From a virus (taxonomy: Duplodnaviria; Caudoviricetes), in IMG/VR virus record IMGVR_UViG_3300044856_000241, positions 32,001 through 96,000 of that record: DNA of 64,000 nucleotides. One strand, written 5' to 3'. Positions within the stretch are counted from its first letter, which is position 1; each line of letters begins with the position of its first letter. The notes under the pieces are model-generated. The model was not told the DNA's origin, did not search any database, and worked only from the letters and a program-made list of their open reading frames with translations. Made by a program: the position numbers and the translations under genes. This document shows positions 1-11,385 of this stretch, piece after piece.

Positions 1-649
1 ACCGCCTTATTTATTTTTCATCCGCAATGTAAGAGTCAAATCCAGTCTCCTCATTGCATGTATACTCAAAGTTACTCCAACTCTGCAATTTATCATTTTT
101 TGCAGTTGTTCTATAGCATGTCTTCTTCATAGGACAGCTCTCAGAACTGCATTTAGTAATATCTGCCATAATTATTGCCCCAAAGATCCCACATATTTTT
201 AATTTTTACTTTGATTGTTTCAAGTTCTTTATACTCATCGGAATCATAATTATCTTTATTCTCAATGATCATTTTTGTTTGTTTTTCACAAATCAAATCA
301 ATTGCCACCTTCTTCTGATCTTTTGTAAAAAACTTGTCAAGTAATATTCTTTTCATGTCATCCTTTTTGATATATATCCCATCAGAGCAATATTTAATAG
401 CAACTCCTGAGTCTTTGTCATTCATAATAATTACCTCACAATGTTTCCAGTTACTTCACGACATACGAGAGTTTTGTACATACAGCTATCGTCATAATTA
501 GCAATATGTTTACCTATCCGTGTGTGATCCACAACATATTCTTGATCGCCAACAGTCACTGTCAATAGAAAATCTGGATCATCCAGTAATTCTCTGGCAA
601 GACTGTGGCTTGTATTCAAACTACTAATTTGTAATCACTTCCTAACTCA

Positions 650-1219
650 TTATTCTACGTAGTATCCAAGGACTCTCTTAATTACTTCATCCAGATCATA
701 ATCGTAATTGTTGTATACGATTTTATCTGCTAGACAACCAGCAACCTTAAAGTCCTTGTGGTCTTTAATCTGTCTACGTTCATTCTCAGATTGATTAGCC
801 TGTCCTCTTTTGACTCTTTCAGCCATTCTTTTATCAATTGTTGACTGGTTGGCGTAAATCCAAATAACTTTCATATCCAGATTGTATTTGAGAATATCCC
901 GTACTCCCTCAGGAGTAAGGATAACAACTGTATTCTCATCAGCGTTTTGTAAGTCTTCTAATGCAGTACCGTAGTACCATTTTCCATAAGTATCTTCATT
1001 GATTTTTGCCAGATATGTTTTGTGCTCTGCAAAGAATCCATCCTCAATCTTTTGTTTGAATTCTTCATCTGAGATATAATGGTATGTGACATCCTGTATT
1101 TCACCCTTTCTGATTGGACGCGTTGTATAGGTAACAATACTATGAAAACCATACTTGTTAATCAATTCGTTTTTAATGGTATCTTTACCGGAAGTCGATT
1201 TTCCTATAAGTACTAACAT
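650..1219 (-). CDS. gmk: Guanylate kinase-like protein
   Basis: P-loop GKSTSGKD, TTRPIRKGE and YYGT motifs of guanylate kinases. Confidence 0.88.
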   Translation of the reverse strand: MLVLIGKSTSGKDTIKNELINKYGFHSIVTYTTRPIRKGEIQDVTYHYISDEEFKQKIEDGFFAEHKTYLAKINEDTYGKWYYGTALEDLQNADENTVVILTPEGVRDILKYNLDMKVIWIYANQSTIDKRMAERVKRGQANQSENERRQIKDHKDFKVAGCLADKIVYNNYDYDLDEVIKRVLGYYVE

Positions 1220-1361
1220 CTAATGTCCTCCACAATAAAGTTTCGGATATGTCCATCATTAATTAATGTGGTTGTATGTTTCTTCTCAAACAGCTCTATA
1301 CATTCATCTAAAGTGACCAAATCGAGGTCAATTACCTGTTCATAATTCATACCCATATAAA

Positions 1362-1607
1362 TTAAGCCTCCACTTTATATTCTTCGCAAATTCGCTCCAG
1401 AGTGTCGATTTCTTCCGTTGTATATACGTCCATTGAAATTGACATTTCATCAATAGAAATTGACAATAATCCGAGGATAGATTTCGCATTTACGACATAT
1501 CTACCACTTTTCGCATCAACATCTCCAGAAACATATTTTTTAATCTTTGCACAAAACTCACTTGTTTCCTGCGCGTTTTTAAATCCTACCTTAAATTCTT
1601 TACTCAA
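1362..1607 (-). CDS. HPr-like phosphocarrier protein lacking the N-terminal His
   Basis: VNAKSILGLLS matches the HPr Ser46 region; 81 aa; no His in the protein. Confidence 0.75.
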   Translation of the reverse strand: MSKEFKVGFKNAQETSEFCAKIKKYVSGDVDAKSGRYVVNAKSILGLLSISIDEMSISMDVYTTEEIDTLERICEEYKVEA

Positions 1608-2470
1608 TAGTCACACACCTCGTCATAAACAATTACTTGGGTGATCATACTGTTCCAATCATCTTGAGCATAAGAAATATCACCCATTTTTTTTACGCTT
1701 CTGCTTAAATTACTGCTACTTACTACAAATTCAACTAAAGAGCCATCGTGTTCTGTAATAGTATTTTCAGAATTTGTGTCTTTATCTGCTTTCTGATCAG
1801 CCAAAATACATGGAATAACTGTACCGTTTTCAAGTACTAAATCAATATATTGACCAATTTTGCTTGTATAAGCACTGCCTACGGCAATACAATATCTACC
1901 ATTAACCTGTCTGATGCCGTGAGTCCCGGTATACGCAATCTGTTGTAACTTCCACTGAGCACTGTTTCTACTTGTAATTGCTGTATACGGCATATATGAC
2001 TTTATGCGATTGTATGGAGCATAATATGTGCTGCTTGTAATTTCATGATCAGAAATCAAATCACGATGAACATATGCGATTGAATCATTGTATTTAATTA
2101 CACACCACTCATCATTAAAATATTCATACTCAACCTGAGAGTATTTTGGTAATACTGTAAGAATATTGTCATCAGAAAATCCATCATATGATCTAACATT
2201 GGTATTAGACTTTAACCAACCACTTGAAAAATGATAGTCTCTATGGACGTATACAGATACTAACCGTACTCCTTCTGAACCATCAGTTTTATGCAGAACA
2301 GATTTGTTATTATCATTATTAATAAGTTCCAATAAATCTTGAGAATCATTCTCATAGTTAATCTGTTGCTCTTTGATAATATCCATATTCATACACTGTC
2401 CCCAAACGGGGACGGCATGAAGTAATGGTAACTGAGCTAACAGAAGACCAATTACTAATTTTTTCTTCAT
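1604..2470 (-). CDS. Secreted SH3 plus 3D-like cell-wall hydrolase domain protein
   Basis: Signal peptide; SH3-like NVRS...WCVIKYN...YV segment; C-terminal IAVG...IDL...DQKAD region. Confidence 0.55.
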   Translation of the reverse strand: MKKKLVIGLLLAQLPLLHAVPVWGQCMNMDIIKEQQINYENDSQDLLELINNDNNKSVLHKTDGSEGVRLVSVYVHRDYHFSSGWLKSNTNVRSYDGFSDDNILTVLPKYSQVEYEYFNDEWCVIKYNDSIAYVHRDLISDHEITSSTYYAPYNRIKSYMPYTAITSRNSAQWKLQQIAYTGTHGIRQVNGRYCIAVGSAYTSKIGQYIDLVLENGTVIPCILADQKADKDTNSENTITEHDGSLVEFVVSSSNLSRSVKKMGDISYAQDDWNSMITQVIVYDEVCDY

Positions 2471-2535
2471 AAAAATTCCTTTCGAAACTGTTTACTTGTT
2501 ACACTTTGTATATTCTCTGAGGGATTTGATGAATT

Positions 2536-4515
2536 TTAAGAAATCATAGAAAGAAGTTCTTGCTCAGTGATAATTGGTATATTTAACTGAATAGCCTTCT
2601 TATTTTTACTACTTGTTGAATTCGGGTTGTTATTTACAAGATATGATGTTTTAGCACTTACGCTACCAGATACTTTCCCGCCAAGTGACTCAATTTGTGC
2701 TTTTGCTTCATCACGGTTATTGAAATGCTCAAGACTACCAGTAATGACGAATGTTTTACCTGCTAATTCTTTCTTTACACCAAGCATTTTGAAGATTGGT
2801 TCTGGTTTCTGGAATTCGAATTCTTCTGCCAGTGCATAAATTTCATAACAATCTCGTGAGAAATACTGATTCAATGAATTAATCAGTGAATCCCCAATGC
2901 CAGGAATATGGCGGAAGAACTCAGCTCCAGATACAATCATGCCTCGTGTGAATGATTCATAGTTATAATCCTCAGCTTGTGCGATTGCTTTACTTGCTGT
3001 TTTACCCAACAACGGTATAGATAAGCTATACAGGAATCTGTCAAGTGTAGTTTTTCTACTGTTTTCAATTGAAGCTAATAATTTGGTAACTGATTTCGAT
3101 CCGAAACCTTCAAGATTTTTCATACGGAGTTCGTAATCTTTTAGATGATAGATATCTTTGATGGATTTAAGCCATCCAAGAGAAATGAATTTGTCAATAG
3201 TTGCTTCTGAAAGACCTTCAATATTTAACGCGTTTCTGGAGACCGCATGACTAAGTCTACCGAGAAGTTTTCCAACACATGCTGGATTTGTGCAAATGAG
3301 AACTTCAGAATCATTTTCTTTAATAATTTTTGTCTCACCGCCACAGATAGGGCATGTTGATGGGATTGTAAAATTACCAGACTTATCAATACTTTCATGT
3401 ACTTTTGGAATTACCTTGTTAGACCGATAAATTCTAATCCTATCTCCAATTCCAAGCATCATTTTTTTGATATATGTAATATTATGAAGCGTAGCTCTTG
3501 TTGTGAGTGCACCTTCCAAATTAACAGGCTCAAAAACTGCCACTGGATTAATCAATCCAGATTTTGATGTGTTCCATTCAATATCAATAAGTTTTGTTTC
3601 GTATAATTCATCTTCATATTTATATGCAATTGAATGACGGAAGAACTTATCTGTACGACCAGTTGATTCAGCTAATTTATAATCATCAATTGCCAAGACA
3701 GCTCCATCATAAGGAATATTTTTCTCGTCTGCGACATTCTGTAGATTTTCTAGCATGTTTGGAAGATCCTCTTTGTCAGATGAATTATTTACATATGTCC
3801 ACATTGGGATAATTTCGAAACCATTTTTCTCTGCTTCTTTTAAGTCTTCAAATACTGATTTATGTCCAAAACCTTTAATGACACGCCATGCTACAAATCT
3901 CATATCACGTTTAGCAGCTTCTTTGCTATCTAACATCGTCAAACTACCAGATACAAGATTGCGTGGATGCTCATATTTCTTGCCAGTTAATGAATCATTA
4001 ATCCTCTGAAATGTGTCCCATCCAATAATTGTTTCGCCATCAATAATCAATTCATCTTTATAATCAATTTCTTTTGGAATATTTTTGATTGTAAGTACGT
4101 TATGATAACAATCATATCCTTTATCTCCACTACCTCTTGTTTCAGCTGATACTAATTTGCCGTTTAAATATCGAAGTGTTGTTGAAAGACCATCAGCTTT
4201 TACTGATAAAATACAAGCTTTGTTACCAGCAAAATCAATTAATCCATCAATCTGCTTAGTCTTGTCTAAAGATAACATTAAATGATTATGCGGTACTTCT
4301 TTTAATTTATCAATAACTGTGTACCCGACGTTCTGTGTTGGACTATTAGGATAGATGATACAAGTTTCTTTCTCAAGAAGTTGTAACTCTTCATACATTT
4401 CATCCCAATCATAATCGCTAATAATAGGTTCTGAATTATAATAAGCATTAGATGCTTCATTTAATAGATAAATTAGTTTTTTAATTCTTTCAATATTATT
4501 TGTGCTTTCTCTCAA
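2536..4515 (-). CDS. ligA: NAD-dependent DNA ligase
   Basis: MLSLDK, KADGLS adenylation motif, TRGSG, Zn finger CPICG..C..C, HhH repeats, C-terminal BRCT (FVITG...GSVS). Confidence 0.96.
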   Translation of the reverse strand: MRESTNNIERIKKLIYLLNEASNAYYNSEPIISDYDWDEMYEELQLLEKETCIIYPNSPTQNVGYTVIDKLKEVPHNHLMLSLDKTKQIDGLIDFAGNKACILSVKADGLSTTLRYLNGKLVSAETRGSGDKGYDCYHNVLTIKNIPKEIDYKDELIIDGETIIGWDTFQRINDSLTGKKYEHPRNLVSGSLTMLDSKEAAKRDMRFVAWRVIKGFGHKSVFEDLKEAEKNGFEIIPMWTYVNNSSDKEDLPNMLENLQNVADEKNIPYDGAVLAIDDYKLAESTGRTDKFFRHSIAYKYEDELYETKLIDIEWNTSKSGLINPVAVFEPVNLEGALTTRATLHNITYIKKMMLGIGDRIRIYRSNKVIPKVHESIDKSGNFTIPSTCPICGGETKIIKENDSEVLICTNPACVGKLLGRLSHAVSRNALNIEGLSEATIDKFISLGWLKSIKDIYHLKDYELRMKNLEGFGSKSVTKLLASIENSRKTTLDRFLYSLSIPLLGKTASKAIAQAEDYNYESFTRGMIVSGAEFFRHIPGIGDSLINSLNQYFSRDCYEIYALAEEFEFQKPEPIFKMLGVKKELAGKTFVITGSLEHFNNRDEAKAQIESLGGKVSGSVSAKTSYLVNNNPNSTSSKNKKAIQLNIPIITEQELLSMIS

Positions 4516-4740
4516 ATTATCCCTCCTCTCTTATATTCTCTGTGTCTACACCTGCGAATTCTTTAAATAATTCTAGTGTCATATCCTCCTCGAAATAGAA
4601 CGGATCTACGCCACGCTGTTGTAACCACCCAAAAAAATTCAACATAAGCTGCGAATATCTCCAGTCTGGAAACTGCTGCATATGAATTCGCATTATTTCA
4701 TTATAGAATGTATATAGCCTATTTGGATCTCTCATTGTTA

Positions 4741-5358
4741 TTATTCCTCATTATGTAAACTATAGAAATATTCGTTATATGCGTCATATCTTGCCTGAAT
4801 GTTTAACCAATTAATCTTTTTGCCATTGTCTTCTGCCCATTTGATAAAATCAGTAATTTTACCACAGCATCCAAATTCAGGACAACCTGCTCTATACACA
4901 CAATTCGGCACCAGCACGTCTGATAGCTCCTTTTCGTGTTTTCTTAATGTTGTTTTAAAATCTTCCATATACTTTCTAGTTTCTGGATGAGCTTGATTGC
5001 ATAATCTATATCTTGCAACATTTATACAAGCTTGCGCATTTCCTTCGCCGTCATAATTTACCAAAGCATCCTGTGGTAAATTGTCTCTGTTTCTTCCAGT
5101 TCTGTCATCTCTTTGTGTACTTATCCATTTGTCCCATCCAAGCCAATGCCTAGAAAAATGTACTGAAATCCATGATTTAATTCCTTTCCATCTCCATTTA
5201 ATTTTAATAAGTCTAATTGGAGAATGTTCTGAAATTAATATTTTCTTTTTAAAATCAGTTGTCGTTTCTTTATTGGAATATTCTTTATTAATCGTATTAC
5301 GGCATTCATTTTTAACATCAATCCAATCGGCTGTTACTTTTGTTATGTTTGTTAGCAT
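4741..5358 (-). CDS. thyX: Flavin-dependent thymidylate synthase ThyX
   Basis: EHSP and RH-x8-STQR ThyX motifs, RLC..A..ETR, C..GCPE. Confidence 0.85.
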   Translation of the reverse strand: MLTNITKVTADWIDVKNECRNTINKEYSNKETTTDFKKKILISEHSPIRLIKIKWRWKGIKSWISVHFSRHWLGWDKWISTQRDDRTGRNRDNLPQDALVNYDGEGNAQACINVARYRLCNQAHPETRKYMEDFKTTLRKHEKELSDVLVPNCVYRAGCPEFGCCGKITDFIKWAEDNGKKINWLNIQARYDAYNEYFYSLHNEE

Positions 5359-6172
5359 TTTTATTATTTCCTCTTCTTATATACTTTCTTCCAGATTTTA
5401 ATTTTTCAAAATATCCTTCCGGAGCTATGTTTATAAATGTTTTCCCGTACCATATATCATTAAATGTACTCCTGTTTAATTCAGAATGCTTTTGATATAC
5501 TTCACTTGGAGATAATTCTTCATTAATATAATCTTCTCTAATAGACATTACATGCTTAATTGTTGAGTTATATATTCCGCTGTTGTATATTTTATAGTCA
5601 TTGCCTTTTTTCGCATATTCTTTCTTTAGTTCTTCCGTATATACATCCATATGAATGTTTTTATAGCGATATCCTCTCCATATATTTATAAATGCAGAAT
5701 ATGATATTTTATTTTTATATGTGATATATATATCTTTCGGATCTAATGCTTTTGAATATGCTTCTCTAATATCATAAATGTCTTTGTTTGATAATTTTGC
5801 GTTTGGATGTTCCTCACCACATTTAGTTGGCGCAGTGTCTGTTTCATATGTACTATTGTACCCATTGTTAACAGAATCATATTTCAATATAAATTCATAT
5901 TCTTTTTTTAACATTGTGTCAATGTCTTTTGTTTCATAAATACATGATACATCCCAATCGTCAAAATCATATTTTCTTAATGCATTATAAAAATGAGAAT
6001 TATAATTTGAATCATTTAGATTATTGCTATGCCTTAGGTGTTCTCCAATTCTTTGATATATATTTTTACTTCTTCCTATATAACTTTTTCCTGTTAGTTT
6101 ATTCGTAAATTTATATATACCAGATATGTTATTTAAAAAGGCATATTTATCATAAAAATATATTTTTTTAAT
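5318..6172 (-). CDS. Free-standing GIY-YIG homing endonuclease (probable ATT start at 6172)
   Basis: Frame stays open upstream of the listed ORF (5318..5914) and reads SGIYKFTNKLTGKSYIGRS...RIGEH; NNGYN motif; GEEHPNAKL DNA-binding repeat; GAGGTG RBS 6 nt before ATT. Confidence 0.85.
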   Translation of the reverse strand: MKKIYFYDKYAFLNNISGIYKFTNKLTGKSYIGRSKNIYQRIGEHLRHSNNLNDSNYNSHFYNALRKYDFDDWDVSCIYETKDIDTMLKKEYEFILKYDSVNNGYNSTYETDTAPTKCGEEHPNAKLSNKDIYDIREAYSKALDPKDIYITYKNKISYSAFINIWRGYRYKNIHMDVYTEELKKEYAKKGNDYKIYNSGIYNSTIKHVMSIREDYINEELSPSEVYQKHSELNRSTFNDIWYGKTFINIAPEGYFEKLKSGRKYIRRGNNKNANKHNKSNSRLD

Positions 6173-6260
6173 TTATTACACCTCTTTTATTGTCAGTTGT
6201 TCGGCAATGATTTTTTACTCGCTTCCAATCATCACCAATCCAATTAAAAACAGTTTTCAT
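6168..6260 (-). pseudogene. Truncated original 5' end of thyX (MKTVFNWIGDDWKRVKNHCRTTDNK...)
   Basis: DWxxVKNxCRxTxNK is shared with the N-terminus of ThyX at 4741..5358. Confidence 0.75.
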
Positions 6261-9200
6261 TCTTAGCCCTCCGTTTTATCTAATTTTCTAATAAGTCCAT
6301 TTGCCAAATCAGTTACGCCTGACACGTAATTGTAAAAATCTCTATATGCAGCATCATTATTCTCTTCAGTCCAATCAAACGCCTCTGTGATCATTTTTAA
6401 TGCTTGATTTGAAATAGTTTTTTCATCCATTATTTTATTCCTCAATTTCTTTCGTAAAAAAATAAATACATTATCGGTACACCATATTGATTATTCGCCA
6501 TTTGCGTAGAAACTAATTTATATCCGGCATTACCGTGATTAATTGATATTTCCTCTAATGCATGTGCACAATAACTACTTACATATGCCGCTGTATTTTT
6601 ATATTTTTTCATTATTTATCACCTTCCTCTGGAAGTTTTGCGTAGTTCCATGATAAATAATCATCTTCATCATAGTACGGCTTGCTCCATGATGTACAAC
6701 CAGCGCGCCACGCATAAACAACGCCGTCTTCAAACTTTGCAAAATGTCTATGTCGCCATTCATCATTTTTGATATCATTAACCAAAATTGGCGTATCTAC
6801 TGGTACTTTGCTCCAGTCAACTGGTGATTCGACATATTCTGAGTTGCACCATTCTTGACACGCAATGCTACAATCCCCATCATCTTGTGTTGAAAAATAA
6901 CACTCATCACAATCAAGTAAGTCACATGAGATTGGAGTCATTGTTTTTATATGTACTCCTACACAAGATCCGCCACACGCAACATCTAAAATCTGTTTTT
7001 CATATTTTTCTCTATTTGTCATTTCAATTCTCCTTATAACATTGCCAAACATAATCACTAAAATGTTCCCAGTTATTCATCACTTGATCATAAATGTCTA
7101 CTTTAATTGCAGAATCATCAGATTCGATCCACGGAGCCACAATAATCTCATGTTCACATTTTGACCAGTAATAATATCTCAACTCACTTTTTAATCTCTC
7201 ATCAAAGTATTCTCTAGTCATTTCTTTTTCTGGTGTATTGAATAATTTTTGAATATATTTCCAGAAACTTCCATGGTTAAATATATTAAATACATATATT
7301 TTTCTGGCATTTACATCGTATCTATATACATTCCATACAGGTTTGTTTTCTTTGTTCATATGTATTATCACCTATCCGTATCGTCTAACATTTTGTAATC
7401 TATTAGTCTAAAAGTCTACACCATATATGACTTAATGTGTTGTCTGCTACATCTGAAATACGACTTTCTGGATTTGAACTTTGAAGTTCACAAAGTTTTT
7501 CGATACAGTATATAGCGACATCACACAGTTTGTATGTGTTTTTTAATCTGGTTTTGTCTATGTAGGCATCTCCAGTCGATTCAGTATACCCAACCATACA
7601 ATTTAATGCTTTGATAATTTCTTTAGAATTCATTTTCTCACCTCTTTTCATCTCATGAAACAGGACTTTCATCTGTTAAGAAATACTGTTCATATAGCCT
7701 ACATAAAAGTTGCAATACAATCCCATACATACCGGAACAATCTTTCCAAGTACTATAGATGCATTGTTTTCTGCACGTACAACTAACCCAAAAAATACAA
7801 GTAACATACCAATTGCCATCATAATAATGCTTAATACACTTTTCATATGCTTACCTCATTTCTACTTCGCCAAACGACAATGTGTTATCGCAAAATACTT
7901 TATTGCCTTGAAAATATCCACATAAACCTTTTGTATTTTTGTCATGCAATCCATTTAGTGACACCTCTGCATCTTTTACAATATAGTCAATTGTATCTTC
8001 ATTCATAAAAATATATGGAGAATTGTTGTGTTCAATATAATAATTGTCAACCTGTTTCCACAATTCCATATAATCAATTTTGTGTTGTACTACAAAAAAT
8101 GTAGATCTGTTAGCTCGTCCATCCATTAATACTTATTCCTCGTAATTCCTATATTATTGTTCTTTTGTGTATCACTTCTCATTTACTCATAATAATAGTG
8201 ATAATAAGGAAAACTAATATGAATACTCCCCATCCAGCTAAACTGATCCAGAATGGACATAATACCCATATCCATGACCAGTTAATTACTTTACAAAGTT
8301 TCAGAACAATAAATACAATTCCTAAAACACTTGCGAATCCAAGTCCTGTACTACTATTTGAATCTTTCATAAAATTCTCCTTTCTACATCATTGTAACTG
8401 TACATTTGCCATCGTAAATTAGCTTATGAACTACTTCGCACGGATCATCAACACCAGCTCTTTCAACTCTTTCAATCGCCTGTTTTAACGGCATTCGTTT
8501 TGAAATTACTAATGTACCATCTTCTTGTACTTCATAGCTATCAGGCGGTTCATAAAAGCAAACTGGTTTTTCTTCTTTTGGTAATAGATATATTGTGCTA
8601 TTATCTAATATTACATAACCATTTGCTTCTTCAAATATCTGCATTTTTACCACCTCACAAAATCTGGGTCGTATTCGCCATCAAAATAATATTTCCAAAC
8701 ATCTAGTACCATTTTATGTATACATCTTATAGGATACCGTGAATCAGTATCATATATCTTATAAGGACATTCACCGCAACAATACTCAGCGCAGCATTTT
8801 AATCCATGTTTTACTTCTTCTTTAGTCATTCTCTATTACCTCATCTGGTACTTTAGTAATAAACAGCCCAACCAACGAATCGTCTTCAATACTATAAGTC
8901 ACCTTAAATTCGCATCCGAATTCCTCTAATTCTGCCATTACGTCTGTAGCATTATTTTCTGGAGTCCATATCATATCACCATTTTTGACCTCTATTCCAT
9001 AAGCATGTGCAGAACTTGCATATAATTCTTGATTCGGAAGATATTCTCTTCTTACACGCACGTATGGCTTTAATATCTCATCAAGGATATTATCGTCAAA
9101 ATCAACACCAATCCAGTCATCTACTGGCTCAATTAATCTTCTATTTCCTTGCCACATATTTATACATTCTCGCTTATTCACCATACTTGTTTTCGAAAAC

Positions 9201-10031
9201 ATTTTTCTCATCATTATTATTAAATTTCCGGCAATCTTTGAGCGAAATATATTTACTACAATTCGGACAGCTAATTGTGCAATCTTCTGGTTTATAATTT
9301 ATCATTCTTGGTATTGCCACTTCAGAATTATTAAAAATAAAAACTGTTCCACACTGTCCACATACACAACCGTATTCTGCTGGTTCTGGTTTTGGTTTTT
9401 CTAAATGTTTATTATTTACTTGTAAAATTTTCATATCTATGTATTCTCTATTAAATGATTAATTCTCATATTTTTCTTTTAACCTTGCCAACTCCGCAAG
9501 CTCTTTTTCTCTCAATTCTGCTTCTTTTTTTAGTCGTTCTTTTTCTTTAAATGGTGCTAAAAATTTTTTATTCATAAGATCAACATTTTCCTGAAATACA
9601 GTTCCGTCTCCATATGAAAGTAATTCCGCCATATAATCTTGTGCAATTTTTTCTGCTAATTTTCTGTTGTCGTGATCAATATTAACCGCAAAGCATATCC
9701 ATGTTGAACCGCACTCGATATTATTACATCGCAGATTGTCTTCTACATAACATTCATATCTATTTGGTTCTTCTCTCATAATCCATTTTTTACCTATATG
9801 GTCAAATACTATTTCGTGTTGATATTTTAAAGAAACCGTGGATAAATCTCTTTCACCTTCAAGGTTTTTCATTGATTTTACATAATAGTCACCATTACCA
9901 CAAACGCAACAATACTTATTCGCTTCTTCTTCATTATTGAAATATCCAACTAAATACCAGTCACTATAACATCCACCAAATACTCCATAAATCATTTTTT
10001 TCTCTCCTTTTCAAACAACGGTTTAATCGCC

Positions 10032-10319
10032 CTATTTGACATTTAAAACAGCATTTTTGTCAAAAGTAATGCCAATTTTATTTAACATTTCTTTTATATC
10101 TACATTTATTGTGACATTTCTATTTGCAATTATTTTATAAATCACATTGCCAGCCGGGTCTGTAATATCTTCTGAATCGCACTTTACTTCAACATTAATT
10201 GTTGACAGCATCTTTTCATAATTTTCAGACTAACGTTTCATTGTGAGATAATCGTCTTCGCTCAATCTTAAACGCTCTATAAAATTATGCCACTTTTGTT
10301 CTAATCGTTTGATTTTCAT
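10032..10319 (-). pseudogene. Hypothetical gene with an internal in-frame TAG at 10230-10232
   Basis: MKIKRLEQ...MKR*SENYEKMLST...NVK; RBS before the first ATG and none evident before the downstream part. Confidence 0.5.
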
Positions 10320-10332
10320 GTGTATTCTCTCC

Positions 10333-10755
10333 TTACTCAACTCTTTTATCTGAAATAGAGATATCCCATAATCCATATGAACCTGACATGATAAATGATC
10401 CCATTCTAAATGAATCATCCAATACAGTTCCTACTTCTACAGAATCATAAAATTCTTTACTTACAGGAATATCAATGTCCACATCATTCATATCATCTTT
10501 GATATATGAATCAATCTCCCAGAATGGATGAGACTGCGCAACATTAATTGTTACTACATATACAGCAGTACCATTGTCAATTTTCTTATCAACAACCTCA
10601 GCTTCAAGTTTTTCTTTCTGTTGCTTTAGATCATCAATCTGACTCTGTAATTGTGATACTTCAGCACTCATGTTTTCTGTTTTATTACCGCAACCGGTAA
10701 ATAATGCTGTTGCACATACAACAGTTGCAAATAAACCAATCAATTTCTTTTTCAT
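10333..10755 (-). CDS. Hypothetical lipoprotein with coiled coil
   Basis: Lipobox-like FTGC after a hydrophobic signal. Confidence 0.6.
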   Translation of the reverse strand: MKKKLIGLFATVVCATALFTGCGNKTENMSAEVSQLQSQIDDLKQQKEKLEAEVVDKKIDNGTAVYVVTINVAQSHPFWEIDSYIKDDMNDVDIDIPVSKEFYDSVEVGTVLDDSFRMGSFIMSGSYGLWDISISDKRVE

Positions 10756-11169
10756 TTCTATATTCTCCTTACTTCTTTCTTCCTACTGTAAATATCCAAT
10801 AGAACAATTTATATACTGCACAACAAAATAGCCGCCGGATAGAACATTACTATAATAAATAATGTTCCACATAACACTCCTAGCCAATTCAAATTATCCC
10901 ATGTTTTGTAGTTACATTTTGGATTGAAATAAGAATAATCCATACCGATTTCATAGGAATATAAACTAAACATGGCTGCTATAAGCGTAAAAATAATAAA
11001 AAATATTACTAAAATTTCTACCATTATTTTTCTCTCCTCAAAATTTCAATAACCACTTTATCCGCATCAGTATTCAATGCTTCGGATAATTCATATTTAA
11101 ATGCATTGCATCTATACTCGTCTAATGTACATTTAATATGTACTTCGTCATGTTTAATCACTTGATATG

Positions 11170-11385
11170 TCATTCTACGCTCTCCACACTTATAACAAAC
11201 CCACAACCTCTTTTATGAAGTTTATTCCATTCTTCAATAGTCAACATATCTGAATATGTCCCATAAGACCACCTACTACCACATTTCTTACAATGAATTG
11301 ATGGATCTTGTGACCATGGTTTTGATGGAGATAAATACACTTCTCCGCCACAATGACATTTTTCTAATTTATATTCTTCCTTCAC
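11170..11385 (-). CDS. Lar (restriction alleviation)-like Zn-ribbon protein
   Basis: CHCGG...CKKCG...EEWN pattern. Confidence 0.5.
   Translation of the reverse strand: MKEEYKLEKCHCGGEVYLSPSKPWSQDPSIHCKKCGSRWSYGTYSDMLTIEEWNKLHKRGCGFVISVESVE

Noticed and set aside
5318-6260. Group I intron in thyX
   Set aside because: The endonuclease ORF abuts or overlaps both thyX pieces, leaving no room for intron core elements, and the downstream thyX is complete.
10790-10830. Programmed frameshifts near 10825 and 6456
   Set aside because: Single extra T in T-runs at the ends of small genes; more simply explained by sequencing error or decay.
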